Part shown: positions 60,586 through 64,000 of the stretch, one piece after another
How positions within the stretch are numbered: position 1 is the first letter of the stretch
Layout of the letters: each line of letters opens with the position of its first letter
Assembly (NCBI GenBank): GCA_013239625.1
Contig: MU054323.1
Span: forward strand, 19,052,819 to 19,116,818
Source of the DNA: Lama guanicoe
Taxonomy: Eukaryota
Direction of reading: 5' to 3'
DNA: 64,000 bases
Position numbers and translations under genes: made by a program
Notes under the pieces: model-generated
What the model was told of the DNA's origin: nothing
Seen by the model: only the letters and a program-made list of their open reading frames with translations
Databases searched by the model: none

Positions 60586-63500
60586 GGGTAAGGAAACATC
60601 CTTAGACCAAATGCAAGGAAGGTGAATTCTACATTGTGCAATGTTTGTATATTCTCTCTCTCTACCAAACCAGCCTCTTCTGTTAATCATACAGTTCAAA
60701 AAACTAGAGTTGAAGCAAGGAGATTCAGCAGAAGGAAGGTGACTTGAACCTAAAGACACCTGTTCTATTAAAGAGATTTAGGGGCAAGTACTCCTGGTCA
60801 TGGTTCTATGTGCCTAAACTATCATTATTTTGTTCCTCCATCTACTCTGTAACTGCCACCATTAATCATTGTTTGATTAAAAGCAACGTCTCATGCTGAA
60901 TGAGCACAGGTTAGAGAATTAGAACCTCTCTATCTCCACAAACTTATGTACAAAGTGGACATGATAATTAATCTTCTGTTTGCCATATGGGGCTGCCCTA
61001 TGACAATCTATCTGCTATTCATTTGGCAATATTCATTGAGTATTCTGTGATACAGGCACTAGGACTATAGCAAAAATGAAGTCACAGGAAGCTTAAAAAC
61101 TAGCTTTTGGAATATAGTGAAATTATAGAGGGATACCTCTTGAAGAGTGTCACTGTATTTGGAGACATGGGAATGAGTTGTGGGGTGGCGGGAAACAAAG
61201 TTAATGGAAAAATCACCTGAAAGTTTAGGATAGTAGGGCAAGCGTGTGTGTGCGCATGCGCACGTGCAGGGGTAGTCATAAAAGATGAGTGCCTGGGGGA
61301 ACTCTGATCATAAACTTCACCTGTTCTACTGTTCAGTCCATGGCTAATTTTGACCTTTTCTATAAATCAGTGACCTGGTAAGAAATACAATATCAACTAT
61401 AATTCCATTTCATATTACTTGTTACCAAAAAGACTTACAAAACTACTGATGTGTATGCAATTACTGTACAACCTTTAAAAACCTTTAAGGGTCACAGCTG
61501 TCATTAGATAGGACATTTTCTGTGGAGGGAAAACACTTCCATCGTAATAGCCGGCCTCCATGCCTTTACTTCTGTTAGTCTCTGATTCTACCTCCCTCTC
61601 TCCATCTATCAAGTCTTTGATAAAACCTTCCTTGATTCCTTCAAGAAAGAGTCAGCTCTTCCTCTTGAAGCTACTAGAGAATATTCTATGCTTCACTTGG
61701 ACACTTGTGTATTACTGTTTTTTGTGTTACCCTAGGGTCCTTGATGGGAACTGCTCTGTGTATAACCTACCATAAATATTTAGCAGTCAGTAAGACATAT
61801 GCTGTGTAGGGAATCAGATTTTTTTGTAATGGTCCCAATCACATGTTGTTTGCTAATTTTGTGAATAGAGCCTTTTAATTTGATGTATAACTTCTGCAAG
61901 TTCCTGTTTTAAAAATGTTTTTACTTTAAAACCAAAACTTTTTGTCTGAAGAATGGGGAAAACAATAGTAATAATATAAAGAGGATAGACAGATTTTTTC
62001 CCCTAAGAACCTTCATTTTATCTGTCGCCTTTGGAAGTTCAAATGACTGTACTCTTGACTGTCCTATTGGCCTGTTGTTGAGCCCCCAGATTACAAAAGA
62101 TGTGAACTGTCATCTTGTCTATGAAAAAGAAGCTAATTCTCTCTAGAGAACAGGGAGGCTAAAATCCTGAGACAGATGAATGACAGTAAAAGACCGATTT
62201 GCCCTTTGTGGTAAACTGACAAAGAGACCTGAGAGATAACCACAAATTCTCAAAATAGCAGAAGTGACATTGGCGAGGAGGGTTGCAGGAGGAGAGATGT
62301 TCTCAGTGAGGTTAGGTTTGACAAATGATGTTCTTCAGCCTAAGTCTATTTTCTATAGCATGCGTTTCTGACAATTATTTATTATTTTTATTTAGCAAAT
62401 ACATGGCTTCTAATATTTTTGTATTGATCACTTGTCTCTCAACACTTTTTCACTGAGAAGTCCCTCATACAGTTACATGAACAGAAAATCCATACTTACA
62501 TCCAGAAACACAAAATACAGTCCAGTGAACATTCCTTATCACACAGACGTGCCGAGCACATGATTTGGATACGTCTCTGTCTGAAAACAGGAGCAGTAAC
62601 AGGCTGAAGAGGAGTGGAAGATTTGAGGAGGGGGAGAAACATTACAAAAAATAATTATAAAAGCAAAGGAGAACTAAGAGTTAAATAGAGCTGCGAAGCT
62701 AGGAGGGGTGCTGAAGATGTTTTGGTAAAGGTCATAACAAGGTCCTTCGTCCCTTAATTTCAAGGATGAAGTAAAACATGCGCACCCAGGTAGAAGAGCA
62801 CATCACATAGAAGGGGAAGTCAAAGTGGTCTCAGATTTCTTACCAATAACCCACGATTCCAGAAATAATGTCTACAGGGCAGCCCAAGAAGGCCATATTC
62901 GCTCAGCTGCCCTTCATCTCTAAAGGAGACAGAAAGATATTAAGTAAAGCAGAACTGTGAGAAGACAATAGAGGTCATTCTTAGCCAGTAAAATTGTTAC
63001 ATAAAAAATGGAACATGAAAAAAGATCTGAATCTATATAAGATGCTCAGGAATAGAAGAATTCTGGAGGAAAGGATGGGGCTGAGTGTTTAACCCATCTA
63101 GAGAACCAGTTTTTAAGGACTCCAATATTTTCATGCTAATTTCATGTAACACTAGACTGATATTTAGAAAATAGCGTGTCTATGGTGAAGAAACTATTTG
63201 ACAGTCACCAAAATTTTAGTTTCATTTCAGTTTCTTCTCTTCACCTAAATATAAGGCTAATAATCAAATATCTCTTTTTTAAATAATGCTGTCATCTGAA
63301 CCTGTATTTGTGCTGCTTTCTTCTTTCTCATGTTCATCTCTGTCCTTAGCGTATCAGCATGCCTGGGACCATCTATACGAAGTGCAAATGGCACTTCCTT
63401 CAGGGTGGTGTGGTACTGTTTTCTGTTGACTCTGCCTGCATGATTGATTTTTTTAATATCAAGTATATATCGTTTTTACAAGTTCTTTAAAAAGGGAGAA

Positions 63501-64000
63501 ATTATACACGATTTTCTTGTTGAAAGTATATGAATAAAATCTAAGGAAAGAAATTTTTACAAAAGATACTCAGTACAGTTTAGGGAGCCAGATGGTGTTG
63601 TAGTTAAAGCTTATACCTTTCTTGGGTTTTTTTTAAAAGCGTATCTTTTGGTAAATCCTCCACTCTGTTGGTATCACACATCTGTGCAGTACACGGTTGT
63701 CTTGCAAAAATCCTGTGTCTTGGACTCCATCTTGCTTTGTAACAGCCTAAATGCAGAGGAGGATTGAATTACAAATGGAGGCACTGAGAAGTTCTGCACC
63801 TGCCATATCACTGATTTTAAAATGTCAACTTGACTTTCATGTGTAAAACTAATAGACAAGCAATACATTTCTCTCTCTCTTCTTCAGTACATAAAATGTT
63901 TACTGTCTACAAGTCTTAGAAATTTTTAAAGTTTTGCAGTGTTACAAACTCAAACTTTTAATTTCTATAAGGTAACACTACAAATAAACTTGGCCCTTTC

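Noticed and set aside
1..64000. Short ORFs in the six-frame track as host genes
   Set aside because: All are short. Those with recognisable homology are L1 ORF1/ORF2 debris; the rest are antisense-to-repeat or random-looking, without consistent splice signals.
1..64000. CRISPR arrays, operons, tRNA/rRNA, NUMT or non-retroviral endogenous viral element
   Set aside because: No regularly spaced repeats or recognisable sequence of these classes by eye; a highly diverged example cannot be excluded without TBLASTX or Infernal searches.

Overview
AT-rich, CpG-depleted mammalian DNA, either intronic or intergenic. It is most likely cetartiodactyl and probably camelid, judging by the young L1 3' ends and the absence of recognisable Alu, B1/B2, Bov-tA/BovB, PRE-1 or Can-SINE elements. 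A large part of the window is decayed transposable elements: L1s of several ages (including a ~4.8 kb ORF1+ORF2 relic at 9041-13820), L2, MIR, a CR1/L3 tail, MaLR (MLT1) and ERVL/ERV1 LTRs, and DNA-transposon relics (Tigger1, MER20, MER53, MER94, MER104). There is also a 280-N assembly gap. I found no intact protein-coding gene, recognisable exon, tRNA, rRNA or CRISPR array; the only ORFs with recognisable homology are frameshifted L1 ORF1/ORF2 fragments. I did not find a previously undescribed biological system. The notable items are small: a twin-primed inverted L1, a poly(A)-only insertion with a perfect 15-bp TSD, a miR-1302-like MER53 hairpin nested in MER20, and several motif clusters that may be enhancers or promoters. 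Repeat family names come from my recall of consensus sequences, not from a database search, and boundaries are approximate.
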